From the sequence record PP400787: DNA of 64,000 nt. One strand, 5' to 3'. The notes under the pieces were generated by a model. The model did no database searches, had not been told where the DNA came from, and was given only the letters and a program-made list of their open reading frames with translations. Made by a program: the position numbers and the translations under genes. Positions 50,798 through 60,808 of this stretch are shown here, one piece after another (positions within the stretch are counted from its first letter, which is position 1; every line of letters begins with the position of its first letter). This DNA comes from Escherichia phage FL23.

Positions 50798-50890
50798 ATG
50801 ACAAATTATAAAGAAGTATTTAGACTTTTAGCAGAAATGGAAGCATGTTTAAAGCGTGTACAAGAAATGCGTTTTAAGATGGGGTTATAA
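50798..50890 (+). CDS. 30-aa small ORF (MTNYKEVFRLLAEMEACLKRVQEMRFKMGL)
   Basis: Tightly coupled to upstream ORF; below ORF-track cutoff. Confidence 0.3.
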   Translation: MTNYKEVFRLLAEMEACLKRVQEMRFKMGL

Positions 50891-50922
50891 ATAGATATAT
50901 ATATAATTCAGAGGAGACAATC

Positions 50923-51090
50923 ATGTCAGATAAGATTTGTGTTGTCTGTAAAACTCCAATCGATTCTGCATTGGTTGTTGAAACAGACAAAGGTCCTGTA
51001 CATCCTGGGCCTTGCTATAATTACATTAAAGAACTACCAGTTTCAGAAAGTTCGGAAGAACAATTAAATGAAACACAACTTTTGCTATAG
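50923..51090 (+). CDS. 55-aa CxxC...PC small protein (zinc-ribbon-like)
   Basis: GAGGAG SD; MSDKICVVCKTPIDS...HPGPCYNY. Confidence 0.4.
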   Translation: MSDKICVVCKTPIDSALVVETDKGPVHPGPCYNYIKELPVSESSEEQLNETQLLL

Positions 51091-51106
51091 TGTGACCTTT
51101 AGTCTA

Positions 51107-51136
51107 TAGTTTTGGCCCTTCCTTTTTGGTTGGGCC
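51107..51136 (+). terminator. terminator-like hairpin plus T-run
   Basis: ggccc...gggcc followed by ttttttaattt. Confidence 0.45.
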
Positions 51137-51145
51137 TTTTTTAAT

Positions 51146-51376
51146 TTAAAAGCTTTCTTCTACTTCATCGTCTGAATCTTCTAATTCAGCTCTTTTTCCT
51201 GCCAAAGCATCTCTCACAGAGATGTCATCAGTATCTTTTAATTCAGTTTCTTTAACTCTTTTCTTATAATAAGCTTCAAGTTCTTCTAAACCTTCTAATG
51301 TTTGACAAGAGGCAATTTTACCCATAAATTCATCAATAGAAGCTTCATAAAGAAATTGTTTAAATTCTAGTAACAT
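51146..51376 (-). CDS. uvsW.1: UvsW.1 (76 aa, acidic C-terminus)
   Basis: ATG at 51376 with GGAG SD; ORF track TTG start 51388 rejected. Confidence 0.65.
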   Translation of the reverse strand: MLLEFKQFLYEASIDEFMGKIASCQTLEGLEELEAYYKKRVKETELKDTDDISVRDALAGKRAELEDSDDEVEESF

Positions 51377-51387
51377 CTTTTTCTCCA

Positions 51388-51403
51388 AAGGGCCGAAGCC
51401 CTT
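51388..51403 (-). other. AAGGGCUUCGGCCCUU hairpin between the uvsW stop and the uvsW.1 SD
   Basis: Plus strand aagggccgaagccctt. Confidence 0.6.
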
Positions 51404-52910
51404 ATAAATTAACTGTTTTCATTACGTAATTAAATTTTTCATCTGCGTAGCGCTGAATACGATCAATGCCGTGTTTTAAAAGATAGTTCAAATGAACGTA
51501 TTTCTTTTTCGTATTAGCAGATTTTGGCTTGACGCCTGCGTCATCTATAAGATCCCAGACTGTTGCAATTGTTTTAGAACCATGTTTACGTAATACGCGA
51601 CCTATTGTTTGCAATACAATAATTTTAGATTTAACACCGTGTGCTAAAACAACGTGATGCAGATTTTTAACTGAAATACCAGTAGAAAATACACCATAAC
51701 TAGCTACTATAATTATTCCTTTACCGTTTTCAGCTAAGGTTTTCATTATATTGCGGGTTTCGGTATCAACTTCCCCTGATACGTAATAAACTTTATCGTA
51801 TTCATTTTTAATTAAATCGAAAATAGCTTTACCGTGCGATACGTGTTTAAACATGACAAAAGCGTTTTCATCTTTTTGTGCAAGCTTAATAGCCAATTTA
51901 GCGATCCATTTATTTCTTTTACTAAGCCCCGTAATAATTTTTATTTCTTCTTGATAAGTTTTTCCCTTTAATTTAGTAGTGAACTCATCGGGATAGCGAA
52001 GAAAAATACTATTAATTTTTAGCTCAGTTACTTGTCCATCTTCCATTAACTTAGAAGTCGTTACTGGCTTAAATATTTCACCAAACATTCCAACATACTG
52101 CATGATATTGGCTTTGCCATCACGTAATGAACCAGACAAACCGAATTTGAACATGCAGTTATTTAAACCTGATATGATAGATGAAATACTTTTTCCTGTA
52201 GCAAGATGACATTCATCATTCATCATCATTCCAAACTGTGAGAACCATTCTTTCGGTTGTTTTACTACAGTTTGCCATGTACCAACAACGACTGGTGCAT
52301 CATTTTTATATTTATCATCTTTTGATGCTCCGCCACCAATTTTCTTTATCATTGCATGACTGAATAAACGATAGTCAACGAAGTCATCAGCCATCTGAGT
52401 TGTCAGAGCAGTTGTTGGAACAATGATAAGAATTTTACCTTCATAATTTTCCAAATAATATCGCGCAAGCAAAGCTTGAATTAACGATTTACCAGCGGAT
52501 GTTGGAAGATTAAGAATTCTACGACGATTAACTAATCCTTCGAACACTGCATCTTTTTGATACCAGTGTGGTTCAATTCTTTTATTTCCTGAATAGATTT
52601 CTAATTTAGAAAGCCATTCATCAAAATCTTTTCTTGATAATTCTTCTTTTTCGTTAATTTGTGGGTCAATCCAGGCTTTATAGCCAAAGTTATCACAGAA
52701 CTTTTTAATTTGCCCGACTAAGCCGAATGGAAGAAGACGATTATAATCTAACAGACGGATTCGTCCATCCCAGTTGCCATATCTGAAGCGAGGGTTAAAT
52801 CTATATCCATCGGCCTCAAACGAAAAGAAATCTCTTAATTCGTGGAACGTGCTCTCTTCACAATCGATGCGTACATGACTGAAGTCGTGAAAATGTACTT
52901 TAATATCCAT
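51402..52910 (-). CDS. uvsW: UvsW SF2 helicase
   Basis: 502 aa; Walker A PTSAGKS; DECH box. Confidence 0.9.
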   Translation of the reverse strand: MDIKVHFHDFSHVRIDCEESTFHELRDFFSFEADGYRFNPRFRYGNWDGRIRLLDYNRLLPFGLVGQIKKFCDNFGYKAWIDPQINEKEELSRKDFDEWLSKLEIYSGNKRIEPHWYQKDAVFEGLVNRRRILNLPTSAGKSLIQALLARYYLENYEGKILIIVPTTALTTQMADDFVDYRLFSHAMIKKIGGGASKDDKYKNDAPVVVGTWQTVVKQPKEWFSQFGMMMNDECHLATGKSISSIISGLNNCMFKFGLSGSLRDGKANIMQYVGMFGEIFKPVTTSKLMEDGQVTELKINSIFLRYPDEFTTKLKGKTYQEEIKIITGLSKRNKWIAKLAIKLAQKDENAFVMFKHVSHGKAIFDLIKNEYDKVYYVSGEVDTETRNIMKTLAENGKGIIIVASYGVFSTGISVKNLHHVVLAHGVKSKIIVLQTIGRVLRKHGSKTIATVWDLIDDAGVKPKSANTKKKYVHLNYLLKHGIDRIQRYADEKFNYVMKTVNL

Positions 52911-52912
52911 AA

Positions 52913-53530
52913 TTATGCCTTACTAAATTTGCCTTTAGAATCTCTTTTCATGAGACGACCTTTAATAAATCCGTCGGGAATAATACCGTCTGGTTGTATT
53001 AATTTATTTATTGCGCCATTATTGACCCAAAAAGTTCCTGTGGTAGTCGGTTTGACTTTACATCCTTTTCTGGACTTTCTATTAGGATGAACCATCCCTT
53101 TTACAAATCCTTCTGGAACAAGTTCTCCAGGCTTAATAAAAATATTTTTAGTTCCATTAGTGTAACAAGTTGTACCTAATACCGTGCCCGGTGAGTTTTC
53201 AAATCTCTTAGCGGAAGATTCTTTCATCTTTGCTATAACCTCTGTAGTCATAACAATTCCACCAATTCCGCCAGGTTTCATATTATAATAATTTTTGCTT
53301 TTTATTATTTCAGAAGTTATAATTTCTTCTTCATACATGTACGCTTCTTCGGAAGTTTTAAACTCTTTTAGTATTGTTCTAGAGAAATTGTTTTCACCAT
53401 ATTTCTTTATGGCCTGCTGAATTGCCTTACCGGAACCAAGGTAACCATCATTCAAGTCATCAGTAGAGTGTTTTCCTATATACTTTTTACCATTTATTAG
53501 ATTTGTTGTTTCATATACAAAGTGGTACAT
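52913..53530 (-). CDS. segD: GIY-YIG homing endonuclease (Seg-like, likely segD)
   Basis: HFVYETTNLINGKKYIGKH; duplicated C-terminal NGxxNxxIxPGExxPEGFxKG motif. Confidence 0.7.
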   Translation of the reverse strand: MYHFVYETTNLINGKKYIGKHSTDDLNDGYLGSGKAIQQAIKKYGENNFSRTILKEFKTSEEAYMYEEEIITSEIIKSKNYYNMKPGGIGGIVMTTEVIAKMKESSAKRFENSPGTVLGTTCYTNGTKNIFIKPGELVPEGFVKGMVHPNRKSRKGCKVKPTTTGTFWVNNGAINKLIQPDGIIPDGFIKGRLMKRDSKGKFSKA

Positions 53531-53579
53531 ACTATTTTCCGAGTAATAAATATATCTATATTTATACTGAGGAAATATT

Positions 53580-54260
53580 ATGATAGATAAAGATTATATT
53601 GCAGAGCTGAAGGCTCTTGATGATAATAAAGAAGCTAAAGCTAAATTAGCTGAATATGCTGAACAGTTTGGTATAAAGGTCAAAAAGAATAAATCTTTTG
53701 ATAATATCGTTGTTGATATTGAAGAAGCCCTCCAGAAGCTCGCTAGTGAACCTATGCCAGAGACTGATGGGTTATCTATTAAAGACTTAATTGATGCTGC
53801 TGATGCCGCAGAGGGATTAAAATATGACGATGAAGAAGTCAATCCAGAAGCAGCACTTTTGATTGATTCTCCGGTTAAATCTGACATTAAAATTGAAGTA
53901 GTAGAAACGGATAAAATTCCTGAAAATACCGATGTTTTGATTGAAGATACTCCTTTTGTTGAAGAAAAATTCGAGCAGGCTGTAGCTGAGATTATTGAAT
54001 CTGAAAAGCCGTCTGTATTTACTCTTCCGGAAAACTTTAGTCCGAATCTTCAGCTGATTGGAAAAAATCCAGGATTCTGCACCGTTCCTTGGTGGATTTA
54101 CCAGTGGATTGCTGAAACTCCGGATTGGAAATCTCACCCAACTAGTTTTGAGCATGCGTCAGCACACCAAACTTTATTTAGCTTAATTTATTACATTAAC
54201 CGTGACGGATCAGTTTTAATTCGTGAAACACGCAATTCTTCTTTCGTAACATTAAAATAA
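53580..54260 (+). CDS. inh: Inh, inhibitor of prohead protease gp21
   Basis: 226 aa, acidic; synteny upstream of hoc. Confidence 0.6.
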   Translation: MIDKDYIAELKALDDNKEAKAKLAEYAEQFGIKVKKNKSFDNIVVDIEEALQKLASEPMPETDGLSIKDLIDAADAAEGLKYDDEEVNPEAALLIDSPVKSDIKIEVVETDKIPENTDVLIEDTPFVEEKFEQAVAEIIESEKPSVFTLPENFSPNLQLIGKNPGFCTVPWWIYQWIAETPDWKSHPTSFEHASAHQTLFSLIYYINRDGSVLIRETRNSSFVTLK

Positions 54261-54269
54261 GGATAACTT

Positions 54270-55400
54270 ATGACTTTTACAGTTGATATAACTCCTAAAA
54301 CACCTACTGGAGTTATAGATCAGACTCAGCAGTTTACTGCTACACCCAGTGGTCAAACTGGAGATGGACCTATTACATATGCTTGGAGCGTAGATGATGT
54401 TCCGCAAGATGGAACTGAAGCAACTTTTAGTTATGTACTAAAAGGACCTGCTGGTCAAAAGACTATTAAAGTAGTTGCAACAAACACAGTTCCAGATACT
54501 GATGCTGAAACAGCAGAAGCTACTACAACTATCACAGTTCAAAACAAGACACAGACAACTACCTTAGCTGTAACTCCTGCTAGTCCTGCTGCTGGAGTAA
54601 TTGGAACCCCAGTTCAATTTACTGCTGCCTTAGCTTCTCAACCATCAGGCGCATCTGCTACGTATCAGTGGCATGTAGATGGTTCTCCTGTGAGCGAAGC
54701 AACTAGTGCTACATTCAATTACACTCCTACTACAAGCGGAGTTAAAAAAATTAAGTGTGTAGCTCAAGTAACCGCGGCAGATTATGATGCACTGAGCGTT
54801 ACTTCTAATGAAGTATCACTGACTGTTAATAAGAAGACAATGAATCCACAGGTTACATTGACTCCTCCTTCTATTAATGTTCAGCAAGATGCTTCGGCTA
54901 CATTTACTGCTAATGTTACTGGCGCACCTGAGGCAGCACAAATTACTTACTCGTGGAAGAAAGATTCTTCTCCTGTAGAAGGGTCAACTAACGTATATAC
55001 TGTCGATACCTCATCTGTTGGAAGTCAAACTATTGAAGTTACTGCAACTGTTACCGCTACTGATTATGATAGCAAAACTATCGCAGCAGAAGGTCAAGTT
55101 CAGGTAACTGATAAAGTTGCTCCGGAACCAGAAGGTGAATTACCTTATGTTCATCCTCTTCCACATCGTACTTCAGCTTATATCTGGTGCGGTTGGTGGG
55201 TTATGGATGAAATCCAAAAAATGACTGAAGAAGGTAAAGACTGGAAAACTGACGACCCAGACAGTAAATACTACCTGCATCGTTACACTCTTCAGAAGAT
55301 GATGAAAGACTATCCAGAAGTTGATGTTCAAGAATCACGCAATGGATACATCATTCATAAAACTGCTTTAGAAACTGGTATCATCTATACCTATCCATAA
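54270..55400 (+). CDS. hoc: Hoc, highly immunogenic outer capsid protein (Ig-like repeats)
   Basis: 376 aa; repeated T/S/V-rich Ig-like modules; C-terminal capsid-binding domain. Confidence 0.85.
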   Translation: MTFTVDITPKTPTGVIDQTQQFTATPSGQTGDGPITYAWSVDDVPQDGTEATFSYVLKGPAGQKTIKVVATNTVPDTDAETAEATTTITVQNKTQTTTLAVTPASPAAGVIGTPVQFTAALASQPSGASATYQWHVDGSPVSEATSATFNYTPTTSGVKKIKCVAQVTAADYDALSVTSNEVSLTVNKKTMNPQVTLTPPSINVQQDASATFTANVTGAPEAAQITYSWKKDSSPVEGSTNVYTVDTSSVGSQTIEVTATVTATDYDSKTIAAEGQVQVTDKVAPEPEGELPYVHPLPHRTSAYIWCGWWVMDEIQKMTEEGKDWKTDDPDSKYYLHRYTLQKMMKDYPEVDVQESRNGYIIHKTALETGIIYTYP

Positions 55401-55406
55401 TCATAA

Positions 55407-55431
55407 GGGGCTTCGGCCCCTTTCTTCATTT
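55407..55431 (+). terminator. rho-independent terminator (UUCG loop) after hoc
   Basis: ggggc-ttcg-gcccc followed by tttcttcatttt. Confidence 0.8.
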
Positions 55432-55489
55432 TGAAAGCACACAAAACACAATCAGAAAATGATGTATATAATGGCACCAACTCGATAAC

Positions 55490-55687
55490 ATGAGATTGAT
55501 TATGAGAACTGAGGTTGTGGTGTTTACTCTTCATGAGTCTGGAAAGTCATTCATTGAAATTGCTCGTGAATTAAACTTACAGGCGAAAGAAGTGGCTGTA
55601 TTATGGGCTCGAGCTATGACTGCTAAGAATAAATTTGAAACTCGAGAAAAAGTTGTCTATAGAAAAAGACATATTAATAAAAGGTGA
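55490..55687 (+). CDS. hypothetical protein (65 aa, possible HTH)
   Basis: ORF with ATG. Confidence 0.45.
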   Translation: MRLIMRTEVVVFTLHESGKSFIEIARELNLQAKEVAVLWARAMTAKNKFETREKVVYRKRHINKR

Positions 55688-55690
55688 AAA

Positions 55691-55969
55691 ATGGAACAGT
55701 ATGATCTTTATGAAAATGAATCTTTTGCTAATCGATTACGCGAAAAAGCACTTAAAAGTAAACAGTTTAAACTAGAGTGTTTTATTAAAGATTTTTCGGA
55801 ACTTGCTAATAAAGCAGCTGAACAAGGTAAAACATATTTTAGTTATTATTGTACTGCTCGCGATAAATTGATTACTGAAGAAATTGGTGATTGGCTGAGA
55901 AAAGAAGGATTTAGCTTTAAAGTCAATAGTGATCAGCGTGATGGTGATTGGTTAGAAATTACATTTTGA
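55691..55969 (+). CDS. hypothetical protein (92 aa)
   Basis: ORF with ATG. Confidence 0.45.
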   Translation: MEQYDLYENESFANRLREKALKSKQFKLECFIKDFSELANKAAEQGKTYFSYYCTARDKLITEEIGDWLRKEGFSFKVNSDQRDGDWLEITF

Positions 55970-55978
55970 GGATTAATT

Positions 55979-56983
55979 ATGTTTAAAAAGTATAGCAGTC
56001 TTGAAAATCATTACAACTCTAAATTTATTGAAAAACTTTATAGCTTGGGATTGACTGGTGGGGAGTGGGTAGCTCGTGAAAAGATTCACGGCACAAATTT
56101 CTCATTGATTATTGAGCGTGATAAAGTAACTTGCGCTAAACGCACTGGTCCTATTCTTCCTGCTGAAGATTTCTTTGGGTATGAAATTATTTTGAAGAAT
56201 TACTCTGATTCCATTAAAGCAGTACAAGATATTATGGAAACTTCAGCGGTTGTATCTTATCAAGTTTTTGGCGAATTCGCTGGACCTGGCATTCAGAAGA
56301 ATGTCGATTATGGCGATAAAGATTTTTATGTATTTGACATTATTGTTACTACAGAAAGTGGTGATGTGACTTATGTCGATGATTATATGATGGAATCATT
56401 CTGCAATACATTTAAATTTAAAATGGCTCCACTTTTAGGTCGCGGTAAATTTGAAGAACTTATTAAATTGCCAAATGATTTAGATTCTGTCGTCCAGGAT
56501 TATAATTTTACGGTAGACCATGCTGGATTAGTTGATGCAAATAAATGCGTTTGGAATGCTGAAGTAAAAGGCGAAGTATTTACCGCTGAAGGATATGTAT
56601 TGAAACCTTGTTATCCTTCTTGGATGCCTAATGGCAATCGCGTAGCTATCAAATGCAAGAACTCTAAATTTAGTGAAAAGAAAAAGTCTGATAAGCCTAT
56701 TAAAGCTAAAGTTGAACTGTCAGAAGCTGATAACAAATTGGTTGGAATTTTAGCTTGTTACGTTACACTGAACCGAGTAAATAACGTTATTTCTAAAATT
56801 GGTGAAATTGGTCCAAAAGATTTTGGAAAGGTGATGGGGCTAACTGTTCAAGATATTTTGGAAGAAACTTCTCGTGAAGGTATTACTCTAACTCAAGCGG
56901 ATAATCCTTCTTTGATTAAGAAGGAATTAGTTAAAATGGTACAAGATGTACTTCGTCCGGCTTGGATTGAATTGGTAAGTTAA
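55979..56983 (+). CDS. rnlB: RNA ligase 2
   Basis: 334 aa; motif I KIHGTN. Confidence 0.9.
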   Translation: MFKKYSSLENHYNSKFIEKLYSLGLTGGEWVAREKIHGTNFSLIIERDKVTCAKRTGPILPAEDFFGYEIILKNYSDSIKAVQDIMETSAVVSYQVFGEFAGPGIQKNVDYGDKDFYVFDIIVTTESGDVTYVDDYMMESFCNTFKFKMAPLLGRGKFEELIKLPNDLDSVVQDYNFTVDHAGLVDANKCVWNAEVKGEVFTAEGYVLKPCYPSWMPNGNRVAIKCKNSKFSEKKKSDKPIKAKVELSEADNKLVGILACYVTLNRVNNVISKIGEIGPKDFGKVMGLTVQDILEETSREGITLTQADNPSLIKKELVKMVQDVLRPAWIELVS

Positions 56984-56990
56984 ATAAAAA

Positions 56991-57017
56991 GGGACCTTTC
57001 GGTCCCTTTGTTTTATT
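56991..57017. terminator. bidirectional terminator between rnlB and gene 24
   Basis: gggacc-tttc-ggtccc flanked by A-run and T-run. Confidence 0.75.
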
Positions 57018-58296
57018 CATCAATGATAATTTTTGGTAGCTTAACACCTAATAAAACAGACAAATCTGAACGACCCGCCATTTTATCCATATCTCCACCA
57101 TCAATTACTCTTGCTTCTTTTTCATCTTTTGCTACAGTGTAAGGATTTGCAGATAAAGCATATCTAACTAATAAACCGATAGATGGCTGCAAACTTTCTG
57201 GATCAACTACAACTTTAAATGCACCTACATGTTCAGGGTCATCTAAGTCAAGACCTTCTGTATACGGAGCATAGAAAATTGATCCAACAATTTCTTTTTC
57301 ACCAATATTTTCTACTACGCCAACGATTACATAATCTAATGGACTGTTGGTATCGCAATAAAGCGGTAAACCATTAGCTAAGAACCCGTAGGCATTTTGT
57401 GAAAGATATTTGTCATCTTCTGGTTTATGTTTTAACCAACCTGATGCAGCAAGAATCGCAGCGGCACGAGCTGAAGCAACACAGAACGTTGCTGTATAAG
57501 TTGATTCTTTTTGGATATGTGAAACCATTTCACATACCATTCGATATAATGAACGACCCGCTTCAGGTGCAGATGCATAACTCAAATCAATGAATCCAGT
57601 ATCAGTAATTCCTGTAACTTTATAACGTTTTGATACTGTAATCAAAGACTGCAGAATATCTTTATTGATTTCATCTGCCATTTCGGTTGCAAGCAAATCT
57701 TCCAAGAAATTAGGAGCATCGAATCCATTTGCTTCTAAATCTTGTGCTAATTCAACTGTAATGCCAGTTTTAAGTTTACGAGATTTAACTGCGGTTTGCC
57801 ATTTATTAATCTGGAATCTAGCATCCGCAATTTCACTATCAGAGCTTTCAAATTTGCTTGTTACTGCAGCATCAGAAAATAGACGAACCTTTAAAAGAAC
57901 GATTGCAATCTGAAGAGCTAATTCTAAATCGCTTTCTTCAATATCAGCAAATGGTGTATCTTCTAATACTTTATAAACGATATTATTATATTTGAATAAA
58001 TCGCCTTTATTGAGAGTTAATTTAGACTCTTCTGTTAATTCTGTGATTTGTTCTCGGTCTACATACCCAGCTTCGCCAGCGTAAGTAGCACCAGTTTTAA
58101 ATGTAAATTCGTTATCTGGGTTAAGGTATTTGATACCATAAAAAGCAGCAACAGGTTGATTAGTTCTTTGCGTTGCTACAATGTCAGAATATATTAATTT
58201 AGTGGTAGCGCGAGTCAAAGCAACGAGATTTGGGCGACCGATTGAGTTGCTATTCGTTGTGGTTGATTCGCGCAGAAGTTCGTTGATTTTAGCCAT
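57013..58296 (-). CDS. 24: gp24 capsid vertex protein
   Basis: 427 aa, gp23 paralog. Confidence 0.9.
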   Translation of the reverse strand: MAKINELLRESTTTNSNSIGRPNLVALTRATTKLIYSDIVATQRTNQPVAAFYGIKYLNPDNEFTFKTGATYAGEAGYVDREQITELTEESKLTLNKGDLFKYNNIVYKVLEDTPFADIEESDLELALQIAIVLLKVRLFSDAAVTSKFESSDSEIADARFQINKWQTAVKSRKLKTGITVELAQDLEANGFDAPNFLEDLLATEMADEINKDILQSLITVSKRYKVTGITDTGFIDLSYASAPEAGRSLYRMVCEMVSHIQKESTYTATFCVASARAAAILAASGWLKHKPEDDKYLSQNAYGFLANGLPLYCDTNSPLDYVIVGVVENIGEKEIVGSIFYAPYTEGLDLDDPEHVGAFKVVVDPESLQPSIGLLVRYALSANPYTVAKDEKEARVIDGGDMDKMAGRSDLSVLLGVKLPKIIIDE

Positions 58297-58323
58297 TGCG
58301 CTTTCCTTTTGGTTTATATGATT

Positions 58324-58331
58324 TATTTATA
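58324..58331 (-). promoter_or_regulatory. late promoter TATAAATA for gene 24
   Basis: Plus strand tatttata. Confidence 0.6.
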
Positions 58332-58335
58332 CCAT

Positions 58336-58364
58336 AAAAACAACTAAAGGGACCCGAAGGTCCC
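58336..58364 (-). terminator. terminator after gene 23 (GGGACCUUCGGGUCCC plus U-run)
   Basis: Plus strand aaaaacaactaaagggacccgaaggtccc. Confidence 0.8.
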
Positions 58365-58379
58365 TTAAATCGTCAAAGA

Positions 58380-59945
58380 TTAGATACCTTTAACATATAC
58401 ACGTCTAAAGTAAGCGTTCTTACCAAGGCTATTCAGAATAGAAGGCATACCGCTCTGGATGCGAGAAGCCGGAGCCTGAGCAGCGGATTCTGCAAATGGG
58501 TTGATACCGATACCGTAACGAGTTTTGAATCCCATTACCGGTTGGAAGTTCTTCGGATCGGAACCACGCAGCGGAGTCAGAGCTACATATGGAGCATAGT
58601 AAATACCAGCATCCATTTCGTTAGGACCTTTATAACCTACAGTGAAATAATCCTGTTTAGCATACTGGTCGATATATACACGGTATTTACCACCCAGAAC
58701 ACCAGCAAATACTGACTTGGTAGTATCAGTGTTAAAGCCAGTAGCCAGACCTTGTGCAGCATAAGAAATGCCGGTATCAACTGAAGCCAGAACGTTAACT
58801 ACGTTACGGGAAGCGATAATGAAGTTACCTTCGCCGCGACCAGTCTGACGAGCAATTTCAACTGCTTCTTTGTCAATCTGGAACAACAGAGCTTTAAAGG
58901 ATTCACCTGCCCAGCGAGCACCACGAATATCGATTGGGTCCTGGAAGTCAAATACACCAGCTTTAGAACCCGGAGTCAGGGTCATACCAGATTTACCAAC
59001 CTGAGCGGAGTAGTTAATCCAATCAACAACTTCGCGGTTGATTTCCAGCATAATTTCGGTAGCCAGAATACCAGACAGTTCAGCATCAGCATCCATACCG
59101 TGAACAGCGCGAAGGTCTTGTGCTAATTCAATAGAGTAAGCAGCTTTCAGCTGACGAGATTTAGCTTCGATAACTTGCTTATCGATACGGAAGCCCATTT
59201 CATTCCATGGGTTATCGGTAGAACCATTGAAACCTTCCTGGAGTTCAGCGATAGAAGTAGCCATACCTTCAGCGATTTCTACCAGTACACCAGCTTCCAT
59301 TTGTTTCTTAATTTCAGCATCTAATTTAGCTGCGTCAGATGCACTAGTATCAATTTGCTTAACTTCTGTAGCTTGCAGATATACAGTACCAGTGTCCTGG
59401 AAGAAGTGGGTGTAAATAGTTCCAACTTCAAGAGTATCACTTGCTTTCAAAGCAGCGAATTTCTTAGCAGCACCCTGACCAGAGAACATTGCATCTGGAC
59501 CATACATTGGGTGGAATGCTTCTTTAGCACCGGCAGCGATCGGATCTTTACCATATACCGCGCGGAGTGCGAATACCTGACCGGTTGGGCTGTTCATCGG
59601 CTGAACACCACAAATATCGAAAGCAATCAGGTTAGGAATAGCACGACGTACCATACCCATAACAGCCGGGCCAATCTGGGTTACTGCGCCAGAAGTCTGA
59701 CCTGCAGCGATGTTGGTAGCATTGTAACCGTGGTCACCACCAATTTCAGCTTCTGTTAAGAAAGAACCGAATGCCTGAGCAATTTTTTCGTCTTTATATT
59801 CCGGAGCTGTCTGGAAATCTTTTTCCTGGTTTTCAAAGATTTTAGCGATAATCGCTTGTTTGCTATTAGCAATTTCCGGTAAACCTTCACCTTCCAGTAA
59901 TGGCTTCCATTTGTTCAAAAGTTCAGCTTTAGTTTTGATAGTCAT
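58380..59945 (-). CDS. 23: gp23 major capsid protein
   Basis: 521 aa; MTIKTKAELLNKWKPLLEGEG... Confidence 0.95.
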   Translation of the reverse strand: MTIKTKAELLNKWKPLLEGEGLPEIANSKQAIIAKIFENQEKDFQTAPEYKDEKIAQAFGSFLTEAEIGGDHGYNATNIAAGQTSGAVTQIGPAVMGMVRRAIPNLIAFDICGVQPMNSPTGQVFALRAVYGKDPIAAGAKEAFHPMYGPDAMFSGQGAAKKFAALKASDTLEVGTIYTHFFQDTGTVYLQATEVKQIDTSASDAAKLDAEIKKQMEAGVLVEIAEGMATSIAELQEGFNGSTDNPWNEMGFRIDKQVIEAKSRQLKAAYSIELAQDLRAVHGMDADAELSGILATEIMLEINREVVDWINYSAQVGKSGMTLTPGSKAGVFDFQDPIDIRGARWAGESFKALLFQIDKEAVEIARQTGRGEGNFIIASRNVVNVLASVDTGISYAAQGLATGFNTDTTKSVFAGVLGGKYRVYIDQYAKQDYFTVGYKGPNEMDAGIYYAPYVALTPLRGSDPKNFQPVMGFKTRYGIGINPFAESAAQAPASRIQSGMPSILNSLGKNAYFRRVYVKGI

Positions 59946-59963
59946 TTGTGTTAACCTTTAAAA

Positions 59964-60773
59964 TTAGAAACGAGATGCGACTTTCGCATATACACTTACA
60001 ATATCTTCTGCACCCTGTGCAGCTTTATCTTCTACAGCTTCAGTGACGAAATTCAGTCCGGCTGCTTCAGTATCAGGAGTATTTATACTCTCAGTAATAG
60101 TGCTTTCATCTTTATTAGATTTCTTCACCATTTCTACGATTGCACTCAATTTACTTGAGAATGCATCTGAATAATCCATACCTTCGACCAGAGCAGAGAC
60201 TTTTTCTTTTTGAGACTCAGTCAGATCTTTAGTACTTTCGCTCAATGCCACTTCACGCTGCACATAATTGATATATGCGTCACGCTTATTGAGTTCTTCG
60301 AACAGACGAGCTGATTCTTCTTTATGTTCTTGCAGCTCTTCTTCCATTTCAGCTACAACATCAACTGATTCTTCTGGAACAACAACGTTGTGTTCAATGA
60401 AGAGCTCTTTCAATCCACCAAGCATGGATTCAAACAGTTCGGCTTTGATACCTTTATCTACTGCTAATTTATTTTCAGTGAGCCATTCTTTTGCAAGATG
60501 GTCAAGGAATTTAGAAGCTTGCTCAGCGATTTTCTTCTCAGCTTTTTCTTCTGCTTCTTCTTTATTTTTTTCTACTTCTTCTTCTGCTTTTTCAGCAATT
60601 TTAGCGATATGAGATTCAGCTAATTTAACGGCGTGCTGCTTGACGGTAGCTTCGAATACAGTGCCGAAAGTTTCTTTTGCTTCCGGAGAAATATTAACTG
60701 ATTCGAAAATACTATCAAGAGCAACGGAAGCATCAATTTTCTGCGCTTCGGCAATCAGTTGTTCTTTAAGCAT
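59964..60773 (-). CDS. 22: gp22 prohead core scaffold
   Basis: 269 aa, Ala/Glu/Lys-rich coiled coil. Confidence 0.9.
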   Translation of the reverse strand: MLKEQLIAEAQKIDASVALDSIFESVNISPEAKETFGTVFEATVKQHAVKLAESHIAKIAEKAEEEVEKNKEEAEEKAEKKIAEQASKFLDHLAKEWLTENKLAVDKGIKAELFESMLGGLKELFIEHNVVVPEESVDVVAEMEEELQEHKEESARLFEELNKRDAYINYVQREVALSESTKDLTESQKEKVSALVEGMDYSDAFSSKLSAIVEMVKKSNKDESTITESINTPDTEAAGLNFVTEAVEDKAAQGAEDIVSVYAKVASRF

Positions 60774-60800
60774 TTTGTAGTCCTGTTGTTTAGATAATAA

Positions 60801-60808
60801 TATTTATA
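60801..60808 (-). promoter_or_regulatory. late promoter TATAAATA for gene 22, overlapping the gene 21 stop
   Basis: Plus strand tatttata. Confidence 0.6.

Noticed and set aside
60080-60087. TATAAATA inside gene 22 as the gene 23 late promoter
   Set aside because: It is ~135 nt upstream of the gene 23 ATG; plausible, but I cannot confirm this is the functional gene 23 promoter without transcript data.
60268-60612. 114-aa Ser-rich plus-strand ORF opposite gene 22
   Set aside because: Antisense to the Ala/Glu-rich gp22 coding sequence; no start context.
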